In this document: positions 19,535-28,389 of the stretch, piece after piece
Position numbering within the stretch: the first letter of the stretch is position 1
Layout of the letters: every line of letters begins with the position of its first letter
From: an uncultured Thermoprotei archaeon
GTDB lineage: Archaea > Thermoproteota > Thermoprotei > Thermofilales > B15-G2
Reading direction: 5' to 3'
Assembly (NCBI GenBank): GCA_965367815.1
Contig: CBDUKN010000003.1
Coordinates: forward strand, 64,001 to 128,000
DNA: 64,000 bases
Position numbers and translations under genes: made by a program
The notes under the pieces: generated by a model
The model's database searches: none
Seen by the model: only the letters and a program-made list of their open reading frames with translations
What the model was told of the DNA's origin: nothing

Positions 19535-19789
19535 AGGCCTCTATCTATAATACATTCTAGGAAATAAATCCCTTAAACAAGAAACTGAAAGCATGTTAAG
19601 CAATAAATATGTTAATCTATGAGAATTTTTACTGAGTTTATCATCAATAAAGCTAGTTTTAAGAGATAATACATATCTGTTATAGTGTTTTATAGTAGCC
19701 ATTGTTCTACTTACACAAGTTTCAGGGACCAGTAAGTTTAAAATATAGTGTTTCAGCTTACTCGGAAAATTCATTTCAGTTCTTGCTAC

Positions 19790-19961
19790 AGTGTTTTCAG
19801 GAATAGAGGCGATACTTTATACATTCCCTGAAACAACAGTAGACAGGCCGCTGATAATATACGCTAAACTAAGATACGAAGTCCTAGCAATACCAGTAGT
19901 AATTATTGTAATAGCTATTGCTGCAGTAGTTCTTTTAGTAAGGAAGAGAAAACAAGTGTAA
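19790..19961 (+). pseudogene. Remnant C-terminus of a membrane-anchored surface protein
   Basis: Reads ...YEVLAIPVVIIVIAIAAVVLLVRKRKQV* (TM plus basic tail) with stops upstream; start approximate. Confidence 0.45.
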
Positions 19962-20149
19962 TACTAGTTAATCTAATTAAATTTATTCATATTTTTATTT
20001 CTACTAACATATAGCCTAGCTACGTGCAAAGAAATTACTAAAATAGTATAAGTGCTTATTTCTGTTTCTTTATTAAGGATTATATAGTGAAAACTATTCG
20101 AAATATTAAATATTTAAGAAAGTAGCGTTCTCTAATTGAAAGAATAGAG

Positions 20150-21010
20150 TTACTTTAGTCTTTTGATAAGCCTGTATTCTACTCCAGTTACTTTAAATCC
20201 AACATTAATTAATGTTGATATGAAAGCTTCTTTAGTTGAGTCTACTGGAATTACTATACTTTTAATTCTCCACTTATGTGAACATATTTTGAGGCCTTCG
20301 AGGAGAGCGCTTAGAGCTTCTTTTGGACACTGATAAGGTAAGGCAAGGTAGTCTATTACTGTAATAGTATCTGGCTCAAATTCCATTAATCCCTTAAATC
20401 TTCTCTTCTTGTAGACTGCTAGTATCTTCTCGTTTTTTATTCTACTGTATATCTGTGAATCAGCTTCCTCCGTTATAAGAGACCACCAGACTGAAGGCTT
20501 AGCTTTAATTCTAGCACGTAGCTTTGATGCCTTACTCGAGTCAATTAACTTTACTTTAAACTCTGTGTTCTGCGAAAACTTTACTTTACTCAAGTCTAGT
20601 GATAAGAGCAGTACTACGCCCTTAATACTGTACTTTTGTTTCAGATAAAAGCCTAGTGCACTCGTATTGCCTGATTTTACGCTAAGCTCTACTTTCTCTG
20701 CTCCAGCTTTCTTAGCCTTATTTTCAAATGCTCTAAGGAGACTAGAGCCTAGACCTAGTCCACGGTACTGAGGGTGCACTGCCAAGGCCTCTACATAGCT
20801 TTCCTTTTTATTCAAGTATCCTAAGAGAAATCCTGCTACTTTACTGCCTACAGCAGCTACAAGGAGCACTATGTTCTTTGGCTTTGATTCAAGTAAAGCC
20901 TGAAACCACACAGGATCTTCTTCATCCAGTTCTCTCAGGCTATAATTGTAGACGGCAAGAATATCGCTTAAGTCTCTTAACTGGGCTTCTCTAATATAAA
21001 TACTGTTTAT
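20150..21010 (-). CDS. GNAT acetyltransferase (RimI-like N-terminal domain)
   Basis: LAVHPQYRGLGLG and N..ALGFY; the frame stays open upstream of the called start through IYIREAQLRDLSDI to 21010. Confidence 0.8.
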   Translation of the reverse strand: MNSIYIREAQLRDLSDILAVYNYSLRELDEEDPVWFQALLESKPKNIVLLVAAVGSKVAGFLLGYLNKKESYVEALAVHPQYRGLGLGSSLLRAFENKAKKAGAEKVELSVKSGNTSALGFYLKQKYSIKGVVLLLSLDLSKVKFSQNTEFKVKLIDSSKASKLRARIKAKPSVWWSLITEEADSQIYSRIKNEKILAVYKKRRFKGLMEFEPDTITVIDYLALPYQCPKEALSALLEGLKICSHKWRIKSIVIPVDSTKEAFISTLINVGFKVTGVEYRLIKRLK

Positions 21011-21165
21011 TCAAGAGGCTTTACATGCCATAATCTCGGCTCGCCTAAGGCTACAGCTACCCTAAATATATTATTTTCGCACAATAATTGTTTCAGTATT
21101 AGGGAAAATATAATAAGGAAGCTTCTGCACTAGAAGACTGCACTTTCAGGTGCAGATGAAGTAGA

Positions 21166-21576
21166 ATGGGTAGTAGCGAGTTAATAAAAGTAAGAGACTT
21201 AATGCCTAATTCTAAGCATGTAAATATTCGAGTAAAAGTATTGAGCGTAGGAGAAGAGAGAAGCGTAATATCTAGATTTGATGGATCTGAACATAGGGTA
21301 GCTGAAGCTCTTGTAGGAGACGAGACTGGAGTAATTTTACTCACTCTCTGGAACGACAACATTGACTTAATTAGAGAAAAAGAAGACTCTACGATTATAA
21401 TCAGAAACGGCTACATATCGATATTCAGGAACACAATGCGCCTTAACTTGGGGCGGAGAGGAACAGTAGAAGACAGCGACGTCGAAATAGAAGAAGTCAA
21501 TACGGACAACAACTTATCTGAGCAAGTAATACCCGGCAGACCCAGATTCCAGAGAAGACGCAACAGACGAAGATAG
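21166..21576 (+). CDS. ssb: Single-OB-fold ssDNA-binding protein (crenarchaeal SSB type), copy 1
   Basis: KVRDL...VNIRVKV...VAEALVGDETG..LTLW...NGY; Arg-rich tail. Confidence 0.85.
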   Translation: MGSSELIKVRDLMPNSKHVNIRVKVLSVGEERSVISRFDGSEHRVAEALVGDETGVILLTLWNDNIDLIREKEDSTIIIRNGYISIFRNTMRLNLGRRGTVEDSDVEIEEVNTDNNLSEQVIPGRPRFQRRRNRRR

Positions 21577-21721
21577 CAGTAAAACATTCCTATTCAAAGT
21601 TTCATTAACATTTTTTACTAAATATGTTTTGCTTTAAAGACAGTTTACTGCTATTAAATACTTTATAAGAGAGATAAGTTTATAAGCAAGAGTTTCCCTA
21701 AAGGTTATACAAAGTGGTAGC

Positions 21722-22099
21722 ATGGGGGAAGACAACTTAGTAAAAATAAAAGACCTAAAACCATATGCTAGAAACGTAAATGTTCGAGTAAAGATAGTGA
21801 GAGTAGGTGAAGAAAGAAAGGTTATATCAAGGTTTGATAGAGCTCAGCACAGGCTAGCAGAAGCATTAGTAGGCGATGAAACAGGCTCGATAATATTAAC
21901 TTTGTGGAATGAGGCAATAGACTTAGTTAGAGAAAAGGAAAATACAACAGTAGTGATTAAAAATGGTTTCGTATCGGTATTCAGGAACTTTATGAGACTT
22001 AATTTAGGAAAAAAGGGCAGAATAGAAGACAGCGACACTGAAATAGAAGAAGTCAACATAAAAAATAATTTATCTGATAGATGCGTAAGAAGATACTAG
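21722..22099 (+). CDS. ssb: Single-OB-fold ssDNA-binding protein, copy 2
   Basis: Colinear paralog of 21166-21576 with a shorter tail. Confidence 0.85.
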   Translation: MGEDNLVKIKDLKPYARNVNVRVKIVRVGEERKVISRFDRAQHRLAEALVGDETGSIILTLWNEAIDLVREKENTTVVIKNGFVSVFRNFMRLNLGKKGRIEDSDTEIEEVNIKNNLSDRCVRRY

Positions 22100-22476
22100 C
22101 ATTTAAATAGCTTTGAAAAAACTTCAATAAAATACTTTATTTTATTCACATCAGCTTCATATATTCTCATTCTGGCTCTAGAAGAAACTTTAACTAATCC
22201 GCATTCCTTCAGTCTGGCTAAATGATGGGAAACTAGAGTGATGTCGAGTTTAGTCAAGTAAGATAATACGCAGACGCAGTGAGGCTTACGTAAAAGAAGA
22301 AGTAGCTTAAGTCTAATAGGATTAGCTAAGCACTTAAATACTGAAACAAGGTACTCTACGTCTTCATCTGAAACAACTTCAATTTTTTCACTTAATCGAC
22401 CTTGTTCACTATAAAACTCGAATACTTCTTCGGGAGCATTCATTTTCTCGAGAACATCCTTTAGTTTCATAGCCAA
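22096..22476 (-). CDS. ArsR/SmtB-family regulator
   Basis: FKCLANPIRLKLL...HCVCVL...VSHHLARLKECGLV. Confidence 0.85.
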   Translation of the reverse strand: MAMKLKDVLEKMNAPEEVFEFYSEQGRLSEKIEVVSDEDVEYLVSVFKCLANPIRLKLLLLLRKPHCVCVLSYLTKLDITLVSHHLARLKECGLVKVSSRARMRIYEADVNKIKYFIEVFSKLFKC

Positions 22477-22561
22477 CTACCCATTACTATAGCAAGCTAA
22501 TGAAAATAAGCGTTAGGCGGCGAGAGGTAGGTTTATATACTTCATTTGAAAAAAGTTTCAA

Positions 22562-23374
22562 ATGATCTCTATGGACCCCATACTCTACTGGATTTACGTA
22601 CTGCTAACAGCACTAATACCCGGGTTCCTTGCAACATGGCTCGGAGTCGGGGGATGTTTCCTCAGAATACCAATGATAATGTACTTCTTCGGAGTCTCAA
22701 TAAAAGAAGCCTACTGCATAAACCAAGCAGTAATAGCTTTAACAACAATACCCGGCGTAATAGTCCACTACAAACACAAATATGTCTACAAGAAGGGTCT
22801 AGTAGTCGCAGCAGCGGCAGCCTGCCTAGGAGTAGCTCTAGGAGCATATGTAGTAGCAAAATACGTTCCACGACTAGTACTCCGCGTAATTTTCGGCACC
22901 GCGTGCACATTCATAGGAATATATGTTTTCTACAATACTTTAAAGAAGAAAGCTAAATTAAAGAAAGCTATAAGCGTAGAAGAAGTCGGGAGCCTCCTAG
23001 AACACGGAGCAAAGCTCTTTACACTAATGTTTCTAGCGGGCTTCGCTACAGGAATTTGCGGCTTCGGCGGAGGAATATACTACGTGCCAGCATTCATGGG
23101 CCTAGGCTACCCAACACACATAGCTGTGGGCACATCGAGTGCAGAAATGATATTTACGGCAGGCCTAGGATCAAGCATACTAACATACTATGGATTCATG
23201 AACATACCATTATTTCTCAGCATAGGAATACCTACACTAATAGCATCATACTTGGGAGCCAAAATGGCTAAAAAATCTCCACCATATGTACTTAGATTAG
23301 TTTACGCTATACTAATAAGCTTAGTAGGACTCTATGTTGCTGTAAATGCGCTTATAGCATTGAAAATAATGTAG
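22562..23374 (+). CDS. TauE/SafE-family sulfite exporter-like permease
   Basis: GVGG and GFGGG repeats, AVGTS, about 8 TM; divergent from the ArsR gene. Confidence 0.85.
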   Translation: MISMDPILYWIYVLLTALIPGFLATWLGVGGCFLRIPMIMYFFGVSIKEAYCINQAVIALTTIPGVIVHYKHKYVYKKGLVVAAAAACLGVALGAYVVAKYVPRLVLRVIFGTACTFIGIYVFYNTLKKKAKLKKAISVEEVGSLLEHGAKLFTLMFLAGFATGICGFGGGIYYVPAFMGLGYPTHIAVGTSSAEMIFTAGLGSSILTYYGFMNIPLFLSIGIPTLIASYLGAKMAKKSPPYVLRLVYAILISLVGLYVAVNALIALKIM

Positions 23375-23479
23375 AGCATATAGGTGTCCCGTTTTCAATA
23401 AATTTTATAGCATTTTTAATACATTATTTAGTCCTAAACTCTTCAAGTAGTTATATATCTGCTTAAGTAATGTTTAGCT

Positions 23480-24559
23480 GTGTATAGTGATCCTAAGTTT
23501 ATTAGAGAGAACTATTTGAGGACTATTGAGTTTAGAGAGCCTTGGTTTATTCCCTGTGGCGTTTACGCTCTTCAAGCTACTTGGGCTAAGTACCGCGAGA
23601 AACTCGAGGAGATATTTCTGCGTCATCCTAAGCTTTTTCCGTGGTTCAAGAAAGGGTCTGTTAAGTTCAATGACTTCGGTATTAGGAGGAAAGGCAATAT
23701 TTATGTAGATGAGTGGGGCTGTGTCTGGAAGTTTTCTGCTGACGGTATGCAGGGCCAGGTTGTCGAGCACCCTCTGAGAGACTGGAGTAAGCTGAAGGAA
23801 CTTAAAGTTCCTGACCCGGATAAAGGCTTGCCTGTAGAAGGAGAACCTTTTGTTCCATGGGATAAGGTTGAAGAGGGCGTTAGGAGGACTAAGGAGAGAG
23901 GAGCACTTGCTGTAGTAGGTGTAGGTCACGGCTTCTTTTTCCAGCGGCTCTACTACTTGAGGGGCTTCGCTAACCTCATGGTGGATTTCATTAAGGAGCC
24001 TCCTGAGCTGCAGGAACTCATAGATATCTTGACGGAATATAACCTGGAGATAGTTAAGCGTATTGTTAAAATGGGTGTAGATGTAGTTACCTTCGGAGAC
24101 GACTTAGGGCTACAGAACCGTATGCCTATAAGCCCTAAGACCTTCAGAAAGTACATTTTCCCTGCATACAAGAAGATTTTCGGCTACGTTAGATCTCATG
24201 GAGCACACGTATACCTCCACACAGATGGCCACGTTATGGAAGTTGTAGACCAGTTAATAGAGGCAGGAGTCTCAGTGTTGAACATACAGGATAGAGTAAA
24301 CGGTATTAAGAATATTAAAAAGAAGTGTAAAGGTAGAGTATGCATAGACCTAGATATCGATAGACAGCATCTTCTTCCCTTCGCAACACCGGAGGAAATT
24401 AAGCAGCACATCGAGTACGCTGTAAGAGAACTTGGCTCAAGGAAAGGAGGACTAATGTTCAAAGCAGAAATAGGGCCGGATGTACCACTAAAAAACGCTG
24501 AAGCAGTCTGCAAAACGCTAGAGGAAATAATGGAGAAGGTTCGGGAACTGCCCTACTAA
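23480..24559 (+). CDS. Uroporphyrinogen decarboxylase/MtaA-like family protein
   Basis: DEWGCVW, LRGFANLMVD, GDDLG, FRKYIFP, LHTDG. Confidence 0.8.
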   Translation: MYSDPKFIRENYLRTIEFREPWFIPCGVYALQATWAKYREKLEEIFLRHPKLFPWFKKGSVKFNDFGIRRKGNIYVDEWGCVWKFSADGMQGQVVEHPLRDWSKLKELKVPDPDKGLPVEGEPFVPWDKVEEGVRRTKERGALAVVGVGHGFFFQRLYYLRGFANLMVDFIKEPPELQELIDILTEYNLEIVKRIVKMGVDVVTFGDDLGLQNRMPISPKTFRKYIFPAYKKIFGYVRSHGAHVYLHTDGHVMEVVDQLIEAGVSVLNIQDRVNGIKNIKKKCKGRVCIDLDIDRQHLLPFATPEEIKQHIEYAVRELGSRKGGLMFKAEIGPDVPLKNAEAVCKTLEEIMEKVRELPY

Positions 24560-24610
24560 ACAATTTAGCAAAACTTTATTTACCGACAAATATATTACTT
24601 TCCTTAGAAT

Positions 24611-25084
24611 ATGCACACAGTAAAACTTGAAGAATTATTAAAGGAAATTAGGGAAGTGAACGAGAGACTTAAAAGAATAGAAATGATGCTGGAAGAGCGA
24701 TTGATAGGATTAGATGAGCCTTTGCCCGATGAATTAGAAGAAATAAAAAATACGGAAATGAGAAAAATCAGGAAAACTTGAGCTTATATCATTAGAAGAA
24801 GTAGTCAAGAAGTGAGAAAATTGCATAGATATAGTATATTTTTAACAAAGCGTGCGCTTAGACAGCTAAATAAACTAGATAGTAAAATTAAGAATAGAAT
24901 TTTGCAAACATTAAAAATATTGAAGAATTATGTTTTTTTCTCAACTAGATATAAAGAAGCTTAAAGGATTTAAAAAATACCATAGAATAAGAATAGGCGA
25001 CTATCCTATTTTATTTGAATTACAAAAACCTAGTACTATTATACTTTATGCTATTTTACACAGAAAATGGTCTATAAGCATTAA
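24611..25084 (+). pseudogene. RelB-like antitoxin plus RelE/ParE toxin, both frameshifted
   Basis: Antitoxin ...IGLDEPLPDELEEI / LISLEEV; toxin from TTG 24821: YSIFLTKRALRQLNKLDSKIKNRI, then a shift to LDIKKLKG...RIRIGDY. Confidence 0.75.
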
Positions 25085-25153
25085 TGTAGTATTGTCTTAA
25101 AATTATTTAATTAAAATGAGTAAATTTTAAAAAGACTTTTAATTTATTTTCTT

Positions 25154-26728
25154 TTACCTTTCTATTATTGGTAGTCTCTCATGAAGTTTTGGCACATGTA
25201 TTAATTCTATTAGCATTTCTTTTCCAGGTACTCCTAGTCCTATTGGCGGGTTTTCTTCAAGGAACTTTTCTGCTGCCTGTAGTTTTGTCGAGTACTCTGA
25301 GTATACTGTAAGGAGAGGGTCTCCTTTCCTTACAGTATCTCCTAGTTTAGCATGTAACAGTATTCCTGCTCCCTTATCTTTTGGCGCTCCAGCAAGCCTA
25401 GCTGTATTTGCGATAAGCTTATTGTTTATCCAAACTACTATTCCGTCTCGCTCCGCGTAAAGCTTATACGTGTATTCTCCTACTTCGATGTCATCTGGTG
25501 TTACATTAGGATCTCCTCCCTGCGCCTCAATTATTTCTCTTAACTTTGAGAGAGCTTTTCCTTTACGGACTGCTTCGAGTGCTACTTGTTTGCCGTTCTC
25601 TACTCCTACTGTTTCGAGAAGAGCTCCAGCTATGCTTGTGGCTTTGTCTAAGAGGTCTACTGGTCCTCTACCCATTAGCGTTAATAGAGCTTCTCTTGCT
25701 TCAAGCGCTGGACCAGCCGCGTAGCCTATTGGCTGTTCTCCGAAAGTAATAGCGCAGGCTACTTTCATTCCGAGCTTAGAGCCTACTTCCATCATTTCCT
25801 TAGCTAAGTCATGTGCTTCGCCTATCGTCTTCACTTTAGCTCCTCTTCCTGTCGGAATATCTATGATAACGTGTGTAGAGCCCACTGCTTTCTTCTTAGC
25901 CATAATTGAGGGTATTAAGAAGGGGTCTATTGAGAGAGGATACTCCACTCTAATGATTTTGTCGTCTGCTGGAGCCATGCTGAGCGCTCCTCCCCAAACA
26001 AGGCAGCCATTAGTCTTCAGCACTACTTCTTTCATTTCCTCAAGCGTGAGCGTAACAGGCATTAGTACCTCTGCTCTATCAGCGGTACCAGCTGGGCTAG
26101 TTATAGCTCTTGAACTAGTCTTAGGTATAGTGTAGCCTAAAGAAGCAATAATCGGAACCGCTATTAAAGAAGTCTTATCTCCCGGTACGCCACCTATGCT
26201 ATGTTTATCTAAAATGGGTTTTCTGTTTAATTCTAGTCTTTCTCCAGTCTCGACCATTGCCAGCGAGAAGTAATATGCTTCATCGATACTTAGTTTCCTC
26301 AAGTAAGCTGCTGTCACTAGCGCAGTGAGCTCAACTTCACTTATTTTGTCTTCAACAATATCTTTCACTATAGCTTTTATTTCTCTGTAGCCGAGCTTAG
26401 CTCCACGCAGATAGTCTCTAATATAGCGAATAGACTCGGGAGCCAGCGCAGGCTTGACTTCAACTATATCTTCTTCCTCAACACCAATAGTTTTCACCAC
26501 TTCGTCGCTCACTAAAACAAGATCTCTAGGAATCTGCAAAGCAACACTCACTAAAGCTACCACTTCTTTACCTCTGTAGCTGAGAAGAACTCTCTCGTGA
26601 GGCCTGACTCCAAGGCTAGAAGCGGTTTCATCGTCGATAACTACTGTAGGCTTACCGCTCGAAAAATTAAGTCTCTTCACTTTCAGTTTCACTCCCACCA
26701 CCTCGACAGTAACATATATATGGTACAA
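25154..26728 (-). CDS. deoA: AMP phosphorylase (archaeal thymidine phosphorylase-like)
   Basis: DKHSIGGVPG, IPKTSSRAITSPAGTAD, IDIPTGRGAK, AGAPKDKGAG plus the N-terminal extra domain; real start is likely about 10 codons downstream. Confidence 0.9.
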   Translation of the reverse strand: MYHIYVTVEVVGVKLKVKRLNFSSGKPTVVIDDETASSLGVRPHERVLLSYRGKEVVALVSVALQIPRDLVLVSDEVVKTIGVEEEDIVEVKPALAPESIRYIRDYLRGAKLGYREIKAIVKDIVEDKISEVELTALVTAAYLRKLSIDEAYYFSLAMVETGERLELNRKPILDKHSIGGVPGDKTSLIAVPIIASLGYTIPKTSSRAITSPAGTADRAEVLMPVTLTLEEMKEVVLKTNGCLVWGGALSMAPADDKIIRVEYPLSIDPFLIPSIMAKKKAVGSTHVIIDIPTGRGAKVKTIGEAHDLAKEMMEVGSKLGMKVACAITFGEQPIGYAAGPALEAREALLTLMGRGPVDLLDKATSIAGALLETVGVENGKQVALEAVRKGKALSKLREIIEAQGGDPNVTPDDIEVGEYTYKLYAERDGIVVWINNKLIANTARLAGAPKDKGAGILLHAKLGDTVRKGDPLLTVYSEYSTKLQAAEKFLEENPPIGLGVPGKEMLIELIHVPKLHERLPIIER

Positions 26729-26759
26729 GAAGAAAAATAAACTATTCTATAGAATAGAC

Positions 26760-27055
26760 TCGTTAACGCGGCTCTAGTAAAATTTAACGTTAATCTAGCA
26801 GTCTATATGAGTGGAACAATTGCTTCTGTTCTCATAGGCTTAGTCTACTACTCACCTACAGTATACTTTATTTCGAGAAAGAGGCTGAGACGCTTCGGTA
26901 AAAGAAATGTTATGAAAATAGACTTAACCACATTAAGCATACTGGCAGAATGTATTGTAGCTCAGCTGGTAGGCTTATCAGTTATGGCTACTTCAGCCTG
27001 TGTTCCCATGGTAAATAGCTTTAACTGCGTGCCCAGCTACAATAGTAATCGATAG
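26760..27055 (+). pseudogene. Remnant of the TM tail of a CFI-box-CTERM-type surface protein
   Basis: NVNLAVYMSGTIASVLIGLVYYSP resembles my recollection of that tail; no upstream body is present. Confidence 0.4.
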
Positions 27056-27186
27056 CATAGTAAAAAGTCGACAAAATATTAAATGAATTTCTTTAAGAAA
27101 TATTTTTACACCAAGGCATAAAATGTTCTGTTAACAGTAAGTATTATGTCGAGCTGGCTCATGTAAAAATTAATTTAAGTAATTAC

Positions 27187-28389
27187 ATGAAAATTCTCCA
27201 GATTTTAAGCGAAAATTTTATATATTTTCTAATCGTTGTTGAGGAAGGCTTCGTGGGGTTACATGCAGTACTAGTGCTCGAAGATGGCTCGGTTTTCAGA
27301 GGCAAGGGTTTCGGGGCTGTCGGCGAGGCTATAGGTGAAGTGGTCTTTACTACCGGAATGGTTGGATACTGTGAGTCGTTAACAGATCCCTCTTATAGAG
27401 GGCAGATTCTGTGTTTTACTTACCCGCTTATAGGGAATTATGGTGTTCCCAGCTATTCTCATGTAGATTATTACAAGCTTCCATTATTCTTTGAGTCACA
27501 TCAAATACACGTTACTGGAGTAATAGTCCACGAGGCCTGTAAGACTCCTAGTCACTGGGCTTCAGTTAAGAGTTTTCCTGAGTGGCTTGAAGAAGAAGGT
27601 ATTCCAGGTATAGAGGGAATTGATACGCGGATGCTTGTTCAGAAGCTGAGAGAGCATGGAGTAATGATGGGTATATTGAGTGTCTCAGAGGAGGAAGTCA
27701 ATGAAGCGGAGCTTTACAGAAAGCTCTGTAAAGCCGAGAAATATAGTGCTAGGCGCTTTGTGGAAGAAGTTTCGCCTAAGGAGCCCGTTTTCCACGAAAT
27801 CGAGGATTCTAGAGGCACGGTCGTGGTTTTAGACTGCGGCGTGAAACTAAGTATTGTCAGATGTCTTTTGAAGAGGAAGTTTTCTGTAGTTAGAGTTCCT
27901 TACTACTATCAGCTACATGATATAATGGAGTTTAAGCCGTGTGGAATAGTTGTAAGCAATGGGCCAGGCAACCCTGTTCTCTACGAGGAAACAGTAAGTA
28001 CTATAAGAGACATTATTGATGAAAAATTGCCTATACTAGGTATCTGCTTGGGAAATCAGCTTATCGCACTAGCTCTCGGAGCATCTACTTTTAAGCTGAA
28101 GTACGGCCACAGGGGCTTAAATAAGCCGTGTGTTGACTTGACTACAGGAAAAAGCTACGTTACTAGCCAAAACCACGGCTATGCTGTTGACGCTAAGAGC
28201 CTGAAGGGAACTGGTCTTAAAGTATGGTTCATTAACGCAGACGACAAGACTATCGAAGGACTGCGCCACGAAAAGCTCCCCGTTATCTCTGTCCAGTTCC
28301 ACCCGGAGGCCTCTCCCGGCCCCTTAGATACTGCCTGGGTTTTCGACTTATTCGCTGAAATGGTGGTTAAGTATGGAGTTTCCAAGTAA
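27187..28389 (+). CDS. carA: Carbamoyl-phosphate synthase small subunit
   Basis: LVLEDG, GEVVFTTGMVGY, SNGPGNP, GICLGNQ, QFHPE; likely start GTG 27253. Confidence 0.97.
   Translation: MKILQILSENFIYFLIVVEEGFVGLHAVLVLEDGSVFRGKGFGAVGEAIGEVVFTTGMVGYCESLTDPSYRGQILCFTYPLIGNYGVPSYSHVDYYKLPLFFESHQIHVTGVIVHEACKTPSHWASVKSFPEWLEEEGIPGIEGIDTRMLVQKLREHGVMMGILSVSEEEVNEAELYRKLCKAEKYSARRFVEEVSPKEPVFHEIEDSRGTVVVLDCGVKLSIVRCLLKRKFSVVRVPYYYQLHDIMEFKPCGIVVSNGPGNPVLYEETVSTIRDIIDEKLPILGICLGNQLIALALGASTFKLKYGHRGLNKPCVDLTTGKSYVTSQNHGYAVDAKSLKGTGLKVWFINADDKTIEGLRHEKLPVISVQFHPEASPGPLDTAWVFDLFAEMVVKYGVSK

Noticed and set aside
19541-19774. 77-aa minus-strand ORF
   Set aside because: No motifs; it sits in AT-rich DNA next to a plus-strand surface-protein remnant
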